Source of the DNA: Tubulanus polymorphus
Taxonomy: Eukaryota > Animalia > Nemertea
DNA length: 64,000 nt
Direction of reading: 5' to 3'
Assembly (NCBI RefSeq): GCF_964204645.1
Contig: NC_134027.1
Span: forward strand, 9,208,485 to 9,272,484
The position numbers and the translations under genes were made by a program. Below are positions 14,805 through 30,654 of the stretch, in pieces. The stretch's first letter is position 1; every line of letters starts with the position of its first letter. The notes under the pieces were generated by a model. That model worked only from the letters and a program-made list of their open reading frames with translations. It was not told the DNA's origin and ran no database searches.

Positions 14805-15026
14805 ACAGAATCCCGCAATGATGACGAAAAAAAAAAGTTAAGTCAGAAATGAAATGCTTCCTTGAGCTAGTGCATGGTTGATTCAACGTTTCGACTATAT
14901 CCTATAAGTCATTCAGAAATACTGAAGATGACTATTAGAATATAGTCGAAACAATGAATCAACTACCAGCTACAGGAAGCAAAATTCTCTATATTGTCGT
15001 CACAGCACGGATGTAGTGTTTTACGC
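14805..15026. mobile_element. Penelope-like retroelement remnant: inverted arms carrying a hammerhead-like core
   Basis: Inverted repeat ~14851-14987. The + arm has CTGAAGA-T-GACTAT(tagaat)ATAGTC-GAAAC (14922-14952). Flanked by the 11-bp direct repeat ATCAGATCAAT (14794-14804, 15027-15037). Confidence 0.55.
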
Positions 15027-15299
15027 ATCAGATCAATTGATAACTTCACCACATGCAATCCATTTGTTGACCGGTAACTTTTTAAAGATTTAACAACAGT
15101 CCAACACTCATTTAACGGGAATACTGACTTGAAAAGTTATCAACGCCTCGAAGAAGGATGATAAATTGATATTGCCTATAGTACTATCGACAATGAATAA
15201 TATGATATAATAGCAAGGGTCAACTAAGTTTTTTTTTTAATTTGATTTTATCGACATTTGAATGAAAGTGGCCGACAATAAGCCCAATCAGGCTATCCC

Positions 15300-15575
15300 C
15301 AAAAATGATGACGTAGGGCACATCCACTCACAATTGAAAAAAAACCATGAAAATTCATGAAATAGAACATAAGAGTCATGAAGTATAAATTACAAAATAT
15401 ATACTACCATTTACTAGATAAACGCCAAAATTCACAATTGTTATTGTTATGTTAAAACGCAAATATTGATGACGTATGCACATCGACTCAGTACCAGTAT
15501 CCTTTTGATAACGCATGCTTGGGTATTATTAATGTATATAAACATTATTGTAACAGTTTTGCGTCGTTAAAAATT
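15300..15575 (+). repeat. Dispersed repeat family copy 3 (with partial tandem unit)
   Basis: GATGACGTAGGGCACATCCACTCAC at ~15307, then a full unit at 15355-15575. Confidence 0.7.
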
Positions 15576-18500
15576 TAGCTTTACGCTTCATTGCAGTGTG
15601 TATTAACCAAAGAAACGCCAGTGTATGAAGAATTTTATCTCCCTAAGCAATACTTTTCTTCGTTTAAATTCATTTAAATGGCCCACAAAAGACGTTCGTT
15701 TTACTGTGAATCTAATTGGGCGGCATTAAAATGTTGAGCAATACTAAGACGCTGCAAAATTAACTAGCTATCAAGTGATATATAAATCTAATACAATTGG
15801 ATTGAGAGTGGTTTATCGGTATATAAGCTGTTAATGTACACGTTTTGAGGGATTTTCTCCATAACAGTCTATCAGAAGATATGGCAGAAATAGTCTAATG
15901 AGATAGTCAAAATACATCTGCATCGTACTTCCAAGCTAAGTGTTGATAGCATTAATTTTTAGATGCCTGATAAATACAAAATGGCATTAGTCTACGTGTA
16001 CATTATATTAGGCCGTAATTCATTCGGCGTTTAGTAAATGGAATTTGGGATGACAACATTAACAAACGCTGCCTGTTGTGATGATTCAATCTCGGTATTA
16101 ATACGAAACATCGAAATCCGATGAAGGACACAGTGACTCGGAAAAACAGGAAAACAGACACTTTGCTAAGTTTATATTTATTGAATCAAATGTATTCACA
16201 TCTTTGGAGGTTGGGATAAGATATTTCTTATTAAATCACGAATCACGCGAAAGCTGATAATACTGGGTGTATTTGTTTTGTCAGGCCGTGTCAAGATCGC
16301 CACTGTTAGCTTTGAGCACGCATTTTTATCAACGTCAAGAAGTTACATTGTTGTCGCCTAAATAGCCAAACCACTTATCAAAGGGCGGACGATGCTGATG
16401 ATTTGTCACCTAGTATGGAATTTATTCTATACATGGAAAACGACCTTGTCGCCCCCATAACGATCAGCCATATTGGCTTGTCATAAACACATAAACTAGA
16501 AAGTTCACGACCGAAAAATATTCATGATAGCGAGAAAATTCATAATGGCATTATTATAGCTACAGGCAATATTACCGGTATATGTTTTGGAAACTGTGCA
16601 AATATATATTTCATTTCGCGTATAACATCGCCCTGGTCGCCGTCAGTGGGAGCTCTCGAGGACGACGGGCCGCCCTGCACATGACGGATCCCTTGACGTA
16701 ATCAATTCATCTGGCAGCCAATAACTCAGGAAACAGCTGCGAGCGATAACCTTGAATAGATCGTAAATTGGTTTTAACGGCTTCGGACGTATTTTTCGAA
16801 TCTCTTCTAATTGCATTTTTCTCGGGGAAACGACGTTCATTTCACTCCCACGGTGCGCACACGACACATCCAGATTAGAAAAAACCAGCAATATACCGTA
16901 ATTGACTTCCTGACACCGATTATCGAAATCGCGTGAAAGGATATAAATTCAAATCAAAAATCTCCATTCAGATTTATCCGCCTCATTGCCCAATGAGCTA
17001 CAATGGTCCATCGCCTACCGCTTCTGATGCTTGATTTTTGTATGAAAATAACTTCAAACGACAGGGCCGTAGGAACGAATTTTAAGCTGGGGTTGTAGTT
17101 GAAAATCTCGTAGTTGCCAAGAGAACCCGGACCAATCTTGGTGACCGTAGTTTATCTTCTTATCGTGCAAGCATCTTGAACCAGTTGCCAGCAGATATCA
17201 AATTAATAAATGTTATCGTCGTTTCATTAAAAAGCAAATAGTGAACACATCATCATTCCGTAGCTTTTTCGGAATAGTGCTATATGAACATTTTTTATTA
17301 TCTATCATCATTATCATTATCGTTATTATTATCAAGTAAACTTTGGCAAGCATAAGCACTATCGCGGCATATCGCATATTTCCACGATGATATATATTCG
17401 AAAAATGTTCGAATTATACATCGTCTGTGATATATGATATTTGCCGGCCTCGACGGGACACCGTAACAACGGAGCATTAAAGGGTTAACGTGCCGCATTC
17501 CCGACACCGAGAGACGACACTTTCACGCGGAAAGGCGAGCGCTACACTTTATCATTCCAATATCGAATCGGATGATAAATGCTTCAATCTTTATAAAAGA
17601 GGTTTTATCACATGTTAAATGCATCTGCCTGGCTCGATATATCACATTCACAATGATTAACCGATCGCCCGTAATGCATGTGCGCGAAATAGCCTTCATT
17701 ATCTTGCCGGGGTTATAATATTCCATTCAAACGCCGCGGCGAAGAAAAACATCAGTTTTAATGATAAATATCAACGGCCTACGGCTTTCGTCGTCTGGCG
17801 GCCATCTTTGCAGATAACGGTGATTCAAAATCGTGCGAGGTGATCCGTTCGCTTTAGTGATTCTTGGCCTCGTGCGTAACAGCAATTAATCTATGTTTTT
17901 ATCGGGAACTAAATGTCCTAACCACGCGCATTTATCGCAGCAGAAGCTGAGATATAGTACCTGTATTCTCTGAGAAAGCCTCTGAGGCTTCCATTCAATA
18001 AAATACAAAATGACGAAAACTCACCCTTTTCAGAAAGAAATTTTTTTTTCTATTATTCGAAAATCGATTTCGAGATGAAGTATTTCAAGATCGAAGCGAC
18101 AAGAAATTCGCGGGCTGCTAACACTATTCTAGAAAAGACCATACCTATATCGTGAAGATACTATCAAATTGCTGATAAATCTAGTATAGTAGTCTAGCAT
18201 CATGTTCCGAAATTCAGAACGATCCTGAATCGGTCTCTTCGGTCGGTCTAAAATGAAACGTACAAATTTGGAACGAACTTTGGTCCGTTCCAAATTGTAA
18301 CGGACCAGATTTAGTGCGAACGCGGCTTTGGTTTATCATTTAGATCAGTGACGGGAATGGTTGAGGCTGTACATTGTGCCTCGTGATATTCGACTAGGCG
18401 TCAGTAGATTGTCCCAAGGCATATCTGTTAACTAGAAATTATTGTCAATCTTTCAATTGACGATCATTATTTTGTTAATCGTGCTGGCCTTAATGTTCTC

Positions 18501-21369
18501 GCATTTCTCAGCCTCCAAGAAAAAAAAACTTATCAAAATCGTTGGAATGGAATAAGTGTGTGTGACCATCTTAACAATCGAAAATTCAAAGAACCAGAGC
18601 TCAAAGCACATCTTCGTTCGATGGCGGTAAACGAAGAAAATATTAGGTTTAAAAGTAGCCAGCGAAGGCTTCCCATGAAGCACACAATTGAATCTAAGGC
18701 GTTGACCTTCACCTGATATGTCATCACCCCAGTCAATAATGCATCGAGGTCTCCGTGAGCAATTCCTTTGGTCGATCGAGCGTCCTGAATTCGCAACGAA
18801 ACTCTCTCGTTTATTGAAAAGCAAGGCTGCCCCAATAACGCGCAAGTAGCAATAATGAGATAATCTAAAGTTCCTGCCAATAATTGACTTTTCCTATCGA
18901 GCACATTAATGTTTTTTATGTTCGTTTTTCACTTTCGCTTCTTGATTTAGCAGCCTTGACATCGGTCCTCGATAAATTGGTGATAGAATTTCGTACTATA
19001 TAAAACTCGTGTTCGGCTGGAAGTATTTGCTTTGTCATTTCAACTGCCGATTCAATAAGCAGAACTCTCATGTTCGGTTTACTGAGTGATTAAGAAATTG
19101 TCGCGCATGCTGTGCGCAAACGCCAATGGTGTTTATCAGTGAAGTGTTCACCTTATTACTCGAATCAACATGGTGCTCGATATCCGAAACAGGGTCTAAT
19201 TCGCTGGTTAGCGCTTCAAGATTTGAAAAGTCAGGAACAATGGAAATCAACTCCTCATTATAGTATTTGACACGGTTTTGATCTTAGGATTCATCGACTT
19301 TTTCTATATACAGGGAACAGAATATTCATTAGGGTGGTATGTATGGTGTGGCAAGACATTTCAATCGAGCTGAGCTTTTTTTCAACCACTTGATTATAGA
19401 CTTTTCAAAGAAAGTCTCAATGCATTTAGCATAGAAAATGAGAAATAAAGATAAAATGTCATGAAGGGTTGGAATTTTCAGGAATGCAAAATCCCATAAG
19501 CGAACGCCAGATCGAATGGCCGTTGTAACCTTTGTCAGGCTGAGCAGATCGAATATTGAACATTTTTTATGCGTAAGATCATATTTTCCAATATCATACT
19601 TCTAATCGATCTTTGAATGGCTTCCCTTCAATGAAAGCGGGTTTTGACTAATGTTTCTGCTGAGACGATCAAAAGAGATTCGACCAAAACAGATCGACTT
19701 TGTTGTCACCAACGTATTTGGTATTTTTGAAGGCGCAATCGCGTAGACGCCCTTTGGTTTCTCGGTAAATAAAATAAATTTTCCACCGTTAGAATTAAAA
19801 AAATATTCTCGTCTTATCAAAGGGTAAATAATATTGTGAATAATCGATTATACCTTTCTTCATGGCATTTCAGGACTTTTTATCAGTTTTAATTTATCGA
19901 AGATGAAAATAATACGGAATTGATCTATCTGTCAGCTTGGGTAAAATAAAAGGTATAAAGACGTGACATTAAAGTGTGTTCGATGCGTCCGATTGGGATG
20001 GCTCCATTCTATGATGATCAAATGCCAAAATTCTTCATCTTACAAGTTGATAAATCGAGTTGTAAAGGTCAAAGGTTTAAGTGCGCACGTCTTATGTGTG
20101 GAAGGATTAATGATGTTTTCAGACGAAAGCAAAATATTCAAATCGATTTGATCGTTTCTACGGAGCCCTGAAAGTAACATGGCGAATAATGTGTTTTTTT
20201 CGTTCGAAAGCAAACCATTAGTTTGAATCTGTTGAAACGACATGTTAAGGTGTGGGCAATGCGTACAGCGTCTTATATCCGAGTGTACAAAATTCTTAAT
20301 TTTCGACCGTAATAAAATCTTCTATCTTGCAGTCCAATATCTGATCGCTGATTGTCAAGCCGTGCTGAAAATAATCACATTTCGTTGCGTTTCCGACAGC
20401 AATCAGCGCTTCACACGTAGAAAATAGTCAGTCAAGGGTACATCCACGGGTAGTCTTTTTGAAGGTGATATGAATTAATAGATGCGCCGCACATCGGGAT
20501 TCATATGTGCACCGAAATAAAACACACCTACGGGTTCTATGTCTCATATTCGCTCGTCGTCGCTGGGAAACAGTTTAGACGGGCACCAAAGACCAACTTT
20601 TTGGCACTTGCGTTCAACAGAGATACCATATGGACAAATTTGGTATCATTCGAAAGCTTTGCATCTTGGCTTCGGGAATTGATATCCATTTCCATGGAAA
20701 CTGGTGCAATTTCCATAGAAACGGATACCAAGGCAACCAATACCTAATTTGATTTCATAGATAGAAATCCTTTAAAAAGTATGTAGCTCCTAAACCAAGG
20801 TCCTAAGTAGCCCGCTATTACACTAATTTTAGGTTTTCGTGTATGGGCTTTCATTTGGTAACATTTTTTTTTATTTTGTCGGTCCCTATACAAGAAACTG
20901 GGGTAGTGGGCTTAAATCTCAAAGAAGTCAATGAATGAATCGAATCAATCATGTCACTTTCTATGTGCTGATACTTTGAACGATTCGTGTCTGCAATGAA
21001 GCAGGGGGTCGGGTCTTTATTTCGAGGTTTATTGTTTGTGGTATCTCTGTTGAACGGAACTTAATTTCTAGAGGACTTTTTTGTACTTTGGTGCCCGTCT
21101 AGTTGTTTTGTCCTTAAATCAACGCATACGCCATTCAAATAAAAAGAAGACAGGACTGAAAGCAATATTGGCTGAGCGACAGTATAGCTAATGCCAAGGC
21201 CTCAAAATCTCAGAATGATAAAAAATCAACGTTATTGTAAGCACGTTGTGAAAACAACAAGTTTGAAAACAACTGAAAAGTTGACTCAGTGAGTTCAACT
21301 GGTTGTTTTCAAAAATATCGGTATAGGATATTTCATATTTTGTAAAATACATTGCGACCATATGTATAT

Positions 21370-21736
<367 letters not shown>

Positions 21737-24700
21737 TATTATTATCATTATTATTAGTATTATCATCTCGTCTGGATGAATGCTGTCTTTCTAATATATG
21801 AAGAGAACAGTGATTATGATCGACTTTCCAATTTTCTATATTTCATTACGACGAGCATTCGTCGTGTTTTCCTTTGAGTGGACGTTTTTCTGTACTGTCA
21901 TTATTTCCTTCCAAATGTAAACGAGCTAACTCTGTCCACGATTCTTGATTTATGTATACGTTAATGTGTGAGCGGCAGCAGACGGGCGAGATTAATGGCG
22001 AAATATCACGAACGTGCGTGACCCTCCGGAAGCCTATCGGCGCAAGGTGTGAACCCCGAAATACGTCTTTTCAAAACCGTAGAGATTTGTATAAGTATGG
22101 TTTATTTACTAAGTAGCTTTGAGGCCTTGCATCAATCTTGGTCCTCCTGACAACGAAGGCATGCAATTACCTTCGCAACGACAGACAATTGTCTCAACTA
22201 TATACCATAGTGCAAACGGGCTAGGAGATCTACTCGCAGACAAGTGAAAAAATGCAAATCTGGTAAATTCCTTAACTCTCTAGAAACCCATGAATTCTTC
22301 ATTACTTTTATTGGATCTACACGTACGAGGACATATCGATGAGGAGCTTTGGAACATCTAGAAAACTCTTATCATCTTTCTCATCGTCCAAATTGACTGG
22401 GGATTAGTTTATTTCAGCTGCCCGCTTTCCACCTGCAGTTTGAAGATATAAGAACATAACTAATCGTAATATCCTAGATATTTTTAGGGAGTGCAGTAAA
22501 GAGCGTACATACAACAATAATCGGAAAACCTGATTGAAATGTAAGAAAATGATGTACGTACCACGAGAAAACTCTAAATCCTCGAAACCATAATTGCAAT
22601 GATTTTGTCAATATTCTTCTCGCTATAAGGCGTTAACAGTCCTAGCTACGCATACACTCTGTCGATGCAACCTTCTGGCCACGCGTCTAAGTCTTAGTAA
22701 TTACATAAAGTAAATCAACGGTAATCTATAAAACACTATAGCAATTTAGCAAACGAAACAGTCGCGCGTATGGATTCGTCGAATTGAAATGTCACTAAAA
22801 TGTCAATCCGAAAAGTGGCTCTAGTCGAAATTAGTCTAGTATGAAAATCATTAACTTGGGAAATGCTAAAATACACATTTTTATTTCTTTGAATAATTTC
22901 AAAGATAATTACTTTGGCGGTTTGGAACGGAATCTTCAATCAACACTATTGAAATTGAACGCGATTTAACACAAATAACCACCGGGATTAGGCGAGCTGC
23001 CACTAGTGTCAGGTTTTATCAATAAGTAATTTACGACAGTAATACAGTCATAATCCCGGCACCTGGAGCACGATAAACAGCAACATTTTGTGTCTTCCTC
23101 GATTCCGGCGTTATTAGTTATACCAAATACAGAATTAGTATTACTTACTGCTAAATCCTCGACGTGTCTGAATAAGACGTCTCTTAATGATGTTTATGTG
23201 AAGGAAACTCAAAGTCGTAACAAATCGGGTGAACATTTGAACTTTTTTCGAAAACTATTACGTAATTGCTTTTAACGCCCATTTGATGAGAATTTATTGC
23301 TGCTTCTAAACGATTGTTTATATTCATCGTTACCACTGCTTGAAGTAAAACCACCAAAAATAACAAAGAATAGATAACTAGAAAATCAACCTGAAAGTTT
23401 TTCTGGTGCAAGATAACATATACTATGTATTGCTTAATATTGTGGCGACAATAGATGATATGATACAAATAATGTATATTTATCAATAAATTTAATTGGA
23501 ATTTTCATACTTCAACAATTGAATTGAATTGATTTGAATTACAAAATCAACGCCTATTTTCACAACTGCTACTTTGAAAATAAGTCAAAAACAGAATCTA
23601 GAAAGAGCGTATCACATCGCAATATAAGCGTCAGTTTCCTCAGACCAGAGGACAATTTTGACGAAGCAAAACACGACGTCACACGTGAATTCACGCCATA
23701 CGCCTCTCAAAAGAACTCGCGACTATCGGTTCTTCATTTGACTGAATGTTCTCTTGTGTGTTCTATCGTAATAAATCTTAAACGATTGCACGCCGAATAC
23801 CAATCGAATGAACGTTATCGCATACGCGAATTGCCGTTTCAAAGTGCTATTAAGTTCAAGGAATTTAAATACTAAGCTAGTCATACGGCGAAGTGTTACG
23901 CGTTTCTCTGTTGATTAAACTCCGTTGATTTTCTCGGTACGGCCTTCAAAACCATGAATCGTTGTCAGCGTGTGTTGCACAGTATCAACCCGATTATTGA
24001 GAATAAAGAATATCTTCAGTATATTAACCATGCTTCGCGATTCAAATGCTTCGTCTCGTTATCGAAAAAGATGATCGATTTTGTTTACGTGACTTCGTAA
24101 ATGTCGTAAGTAAATCGATTCGACGAGACTACTTGTCTATATCAACATGTTTCCGAAGTTCCACGAGTGACCTAAATGTGGTGATTCCATTTCTTGTTAT
24201 TTTGTAATGTCTACTAGTTATACTCCCCCAACGACGATACTACCCTCGGTGGTACTAAATAGCAGGTTTATTATTACTTAACTTCTATATTTGCTTGTAA
24301 TGATGATACGAAAAATTTAGGGCGTCTCCTCGGGTTACCCGTGTTTATTATGTTCGTATAATGATTATGATGGATGATAGACGAGGTTTGATTATTTATC
24401 TCTCACCCGAGACTCTTGCCATCATAACCAACAACATAGATTTCAGTTATTCGGAATATCTTTGATATTTTTGATTAGCTTCGGTGGGTAAAACGAATTC
24501 GTTTATTCAGTACAAGATTGCAGTAACGCAACAGCTTAGCATCAACGAATGGATTTGCGAACTTACTAATTACATAGTTTAAATGTTACCGGTGGAACAT
24601 TGTGTACAACGAGCTTGCCGGCAATCACCCAGCTATCCCACCAGGCTAATAACCACGCAAAAAATATACCGCGAACACAGATCCAACCAAAACTGGAATA

Positions 24701-26187
24701 AGACGATCGATATTGGTATGCAATTATTTCAAAAATTGCATCCGCAAATTCAGGAAGAAAAACCGAGGCCAATTTCAATAGAAAACTCCGCACATGTCCA
24801 TCAAGTGCTCCTCTCTTATTTCATATTTGATAAATATCAATAGTTATTTTCGAAAGGATGTGCACTACGTCATCAATGTATCGGGGCTAGACTGGTTGCA
24901 ATTCAATGCAATTCAATATCGACATACTCAAATCCAAGATAACTTTATTGATCCTCAGTATTATACAATTTATATTTTGTTATTGATTGTCAATAATAAG
25001 CAATATACGCGTTATTTTTTGAGGCGTCAATAAACTTTCGAATTAAATTTCTTGTTAGGTTCCCGGATCAAGATATAATCGTTTACGAGCCTCCACGATG
25101 CATACTAGGTTTACCTGTCTATTCGATGTTCGGTAAATGGTTCTCATTGATATATCACAATTGATTCGTTTCAGAGAAAAGTCGATTCGATATCAATTGA
25201 AATGACAAACTAAGCGCACCTTGCAACAAATATAATCCTCGATTGCCACGGTAGCGTTGCAGGTTCCGCATTCGAATTCTATAAAAGATCGAATCGTCGG
25301 CAGTTAATTTTCAACAGACGGACAACGTGACATTTTCACGAAAACAACTTCAAGACATGATATCAACTGAATGCTGGTTCGTGATAGACATCACGCAGTG
25401 ATATTTTTTATGTCGTAAGCTTTGGGCGAGTGGACGATATTTTTGATGATTTGATGCGACCTCGATCGCGATGGTATCAACAGCAGTTTTGTTGACAACT
25501 TTGCCGCGAATTTCATCCGACCGATGCTTCGTTGGAGATGTGACCGGAGGGCCAATCGGGTCGACGTGTCGCACGCGATCGTTCACCCGCTGTTAGATTA
25601 ATTGGCGATGGTCTATCCAGCAGACAAATTAACGCCACGAGAAGACAGTGGGGGTGAGACAAATTCAATGTAGAAGATTTATCATTAAGACACAAAGTTG
25701 TCTTACATTTACAGCAAGTGACACTAATGTGTTTAAAGAAGTCGATGGTTTCTTGCTTTGAAAACTGTCGGATGGCTAATGCCGACAAATCCAGAAAACG
25801 GATTTTGTGGCTTTGTGACCGACGTGTCGGAACGACGTGACAAGATGGCTCCGGCAGACTGTGTATGATTGACATTCGGGGAAAATGTCGAGGAAAGTTT
25901 GAAACTTATCCCAGTTGTCGTGTTCTCAAAAGATCTATGCGTTTGTGATAAGTATTCATTTCGCGTTAAGATGGCGTAAAGCGGTACATTATCACTGATT
26001 TAATGTTAGTCGCCTTTTCTCCCAGAAAGATATTGCTCGATATCGACGAACGATTTTAATACCAAACAAAAAAGCAAAGAATGAGCTCTTAAATTGCATT
26101 TATTGTTGTTTTCGTATTTTCATAACATTTGATGACTGCAAAAATCCATGTTGATGAAACGCAATGATTACCATTACTAGAATAGGG

Positions 26188-26520
26188 TAGTTTCCAGTTA
26201 CCAGACGCCATTTTGAGGCGGCCCAGAGGGTCCCGTATTGTTGGACAGATTCTAAATTTTTTTACAATAAAACTTTCAGCGCGATTTTTTGGTGTCCCTT
26301 TTGTCACAAAAATCTAAGTTACGTATCGTTAAAAAGGGGACCATTTATATTTTCTGATGGTGTTCATTTTCATTTCTCTCGGTTGCAACAATCGGACACA
26401 GTTATGGACGACAATAGATCGCGCTAAAGGCTTTAAATGTAAAAAAAAATTGTTAAAATCTGTCCAACAATGCGAGACCCTCGGGGCCGCCTCAAAATGG
26501 TGGCTGGAAACTGGAAACTA
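26188..26520. mobile_element. MITE with ~95-bp imperfect TIRs, TAG..CTA termini (Academ-like)
   Basis: TAGTTTCCAGTT.CCAG..CCATTTTGAGGCGGCCC..TTGTTGGACAGATT is mirrored at 26417-26520. No clean TSD. Confidence 0.75.
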
Positions 26521-28231
26521 TAAGTATCCATTATCGTATCGTATCAATATGTAACCGTTTCACCTCGGGGCACGGGCACAGCTTAACGAATTGATGGATG
26601 CGGGGATATCAAATTCTGAATTTCATAAACTGTTGAATTTAGATTCCATTTTGACGTACGCACATTTCTGAAAATGTAATGTTGAAGTGTAAATGCCAGC
26701 GTAAGAATCCTCCCGGGGAAAAGAATATGTACTCGGCATGCGCATCACGCTAGTACAAATGAACTTAATCAACAGGCGTAAATAACAACCGAGTTGTCTT
26801 TCACAGCGAACCACAATGTAAGATGAACCTTATTACTACAGGAAAAATGCTACTTTCTCTCCTTCTCTGTTACACTCGGGATTGTATATATTATTTGATT
26901 TTGTATATACATTCCGGCAGCCGATGAATCGTATCTCCCTTCCGTTTGTCGTAGTTATACTTAATTTTGTGATATCAGGTGTCTCTGCAGAATGTGATTA
27001 AACTGACGTAGGATGGAAATAGTTTAGTCATTTTGTGGCGGATTGATAATTAGTCCACCGAGGCTTTTAATAACGCATGTCGGCGAGATCTCGAAAAATA
27101 ATGTACATATTATAATCAGGATGATTACGTATTACCAAAATAATTGAAAATCATAATCGTTAGTACAACATTAGAATTTCAATTTATGATTACATTTGTG
27201 CCGGTATAGGCCTTTCACCTTGAATGAATGATTTATGACTGGCATGTTCCGTATATAAAGGCCATGGAGGAGTTCAAGGAGTTTGAATAGAACAATCGTA
27301 ATGTCCAAAGTCAGATTTTCGAACAGTAAAACCAAGTTCATTTTATATGAATTATTCACCGCGCAACCGGTGTTGACGTGGCTTTTCCGTCTGGTTTTGG
27401 GGTATTTCGGTGACTTTCCTTCATACACCATGGCCGTTATTAACTTCACCGCAGTCCACGCGAAAGCGCGGCCTTCTCTTTAATAGGATACCGAGAAAAT
27501 GAATATACTTCAAAGCGAAAATTAATCATTTCCGTTGTCATCAAAACCGGCTTCCATTCACCATGACATCAACGATGAACGTGGGTTCTAAGGCTTCTAT
27601 TATAGTTCAACGTTGATTCAACGTTGAACGTTGATTCGTTTTCCTCTAAAGTGTAGACAGCAATCTAACGGATCTACGTGCGCGCGTTGACGATGGATTT
27701 CTAGTTTTCAAATGTTTTCAAGTGACGTTTTTAATGAGAAGCGTTTTAAAACGAACATTTTGTCTGGCAGATTTCAAAGAAAACAACAGCGGCGGCATTG
27801 CTGCAATGTTTGACGTTCGCACTATGCAATTTAATCATCGCTGATTCGGCGAACAATGAGCTTTTCATTCTTCGAAAATCAAATGATTCTACCGAAAATA
27901 ATAATTGGAAACTTTCTCCGATGTTTTTTACATTCGATAAACTATTTTTGCGTATTTTCTATAGTCAACATGGAAGTCGTTAAAGATACTTTTAAGATAT
28001 GCAATTCGATGGTTTTTTGGTTCAGGTTGTTGTTTCAGGCAATCTCGATGACGATGTCTAATGATCCAGGCGAACTTCGGTTTTCGTAGCTAGTCGACTA
28101 GAGGTCGGAACTAATTTCCATTTCAATGTTCCAATTTTCTTGACCTCTCAAGAGCTTTTGACATCCTGAACCACAAAAGTCTACTTAGAAAGCTCGAACA
28201 CTGCGGTATATTCAAGGAACAGCCTTAAATT

Positions 28232-28359
28232 GTAATAACCGAACGCACTATAGTTCGGTCGTAAACTATTTTAACTATAGGTCCGAACTACAGCGACCGT
28301 GCCCAATCCCTCGGTCGACTATTTCCAGACCGGTCCGACTAACTGGCATTCGGTTTTAC
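28232..28359. mobile_element. Short degenerate MITE
   Basis: GTAATAACCGAACGC / GCATTCGGTTTTAC ends; internal GGTCCGA/TCGGTCG repeats. Confidence 0.45.
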
Positions 28360-30654
28360 TTTTAACCGATACAAAAAAGACACGAACACAACATGGTAGA
28401 AGGCTTCGGAAAACCTTTGCTAGTCATTAAGAACCCATCTATGTGAAAAGGGAAAGTGGATGAAACTGTACTTTACTAAACATTAAAGGTAGAATATGAT
28501 TTCATCAACCATCCATACGGATAAGACATCTGAACTTTTGGCCATTGGCTTTCTAGATAGGCATAGTTCACCAACGTTATTGATCAGACGTCTCACTATA
28601 TTAAACTCAAACAAATACTCTGTTTCGCTGCTAACGCTGTGTTGACTTTGACTTTTCGCACGAAAGAACAAATTATATGAATGCCAAAGCGCAAGTCCTT
28701 CAATGTCAAAGCGATCCACGTCACATAAACCCTGGCCGATTACAGAATTACATCATCTTTACTGTATTTACCTCGTATTTATTTACCTTGTACAATATTC
28801 TATCGTCAAAGGAAACAGCGCAAAAAAACAATGTTTCTTTTTTCGCGAAACCATTAAAAAATGTGGAGTTTAAGATGTTTTTGTGCGGAGTTTCTAGAGC
28901 TTTGGAATAACATACCGAGGTTGCGCAATGCGTAATACAAAATGACAGTTATCCAAACACACGACCTTAGCCTGTCGAAGATGCTTTATTCATTGCGACT
29001 TCCATTTTCACAGCCTTTCGATGTTAACGGAAGCTTGAGAAACACGATATGTGCAACAAATCATTTATCAGACATCACAGGCAGAGCTCGTTTGCAAAAT
29101 CATCCACCATTATCACGTTACATATCGCATGAGTCCATGCAGTAAAAGCCAAAAATGACAAAATCAACGGTACGATATTGGAGATACTGATCTGGTAAAT
29201 GCGCTCTTCGAGATATCTGTGCAACGAGACCGTTGTTGTATCCGTCGGAACTTTTTTAAGCGTAACGAAAGACGCACAAAAACGTACTTAATTTACTAGT
29301 GGTCTCTCGGTGTCGTGTGGAGAGAGACGCAAATATCAGTCTCATTTGTCAACATCGATCGACCGCTGTTGTATTCATCTCTAATTACAAACATCGTCTG
29401 TCAAAACAACGAATCTCTTACCGCCATCGATTGGCCGCCAACGACCTTGAAATGAACGGCAGAAAAATCGACAAAATTTACAATCGAAGATGTATGGCAA
29501 AAAGAATGCTGCGTGATCGGTATTCTACCCTTGAGCCGTTATGATACGTACATTGGAATAATTGTATTGCTTTGGAATGATTAATTAGTGGCCGTTTCAC
29601 CCCGGCGATAACGTGTTTTCAATTGACTTCAAGTCGTTCCCTCTCTTCCTCTTCCTCGTCTTTATTTTACTCTCTCTCCTCCCTCTTTCTAGAAACTCCC
29701 TGTCGATAGCACTTAATACCCGGATGCCTAAAAACCATTAATAATCCATCAGCACTGCTCTAGGTAGGAATTTGAATGCGATAATCTTTTTCTATAATGA
29801 CATTTCTATTTACGTGACGCGATTTCTATAACGGGGGGATCGTATTGCGTGTACAACATTGTTGAGAAAAACGATGAAATTTGATAACGTTCTCAATCAC
29901 AGATTCAAGAAATTCTACGTATGAGATCGAGTGGGCTCACTATCAGTTTTCCAGCGCTCTATTTTAGTACAACATTTTGCACTTTTCACTTCGTATGGTA
30001 AATCGATTGGATGATGAAATAATTTCAGCTAATGGTGATATTGAGGTGGATTAGAAATGTATCCAGTTTAGTGCACTAGAAAGAGACCAATAGGCGCGGA
30101 TTCAGACAGTAGTACAAAGAGCCACATGTTACCGTCGTGAAAGTTTCGTGCCCTTGAACTTACTTGGTGATTGCACATAAACCATGACATTTTCGAAGTT
30201 TTGGGGTTTTTCGTGGATTATGCCCTTAAAATAATGTTTTGCTACACTCTACAGTTGATCTTAGAACTTCCCATGACCAACACAAATGATAGCGGAAATG
30301 TCGATAGATGGATATCAGAATTTCCTATTCTCTTACTCAAATAAATATATTATAATCTTTGACTGCAGTATCTCTTCACTGCAGCCGATTCCCGTGAACG
30401 CTTTTCGATCAACTCAGATTCGCATCGCGTAAACTCTAATTAAACAGTGTCTTCGCTGAGATTCAATTAGATGTCTAGATGCTTTAAAAAGCTCATGTTC
30501 TATCGAGTGGAATTACGGAGATAAGACTTTACGCGAGACTCAGTCGCATTGTCGAAGACGAAGGTCAAATAGCGTTAAGAGCTTCGTCGTTTGCTTTTCG
30601 ACACGTCACATGAACGGCACGGCCTATCGAATTAGAGGTCTAAACCGAAACATT

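Noticed and set aside
17440-17490. piggyBac-like end AAAGGGTTAA
   Set aside because: No matching left end or TSD found.
19068-19250. Possible LINE ORF2 fragment on -
   Set aside because: Similarity too faint to support.
24481-24505. Resemblance to the miR-278 seed (TCGGTGGG)
   Set aside because: Match limited to the seed region; no precursor hairpin.
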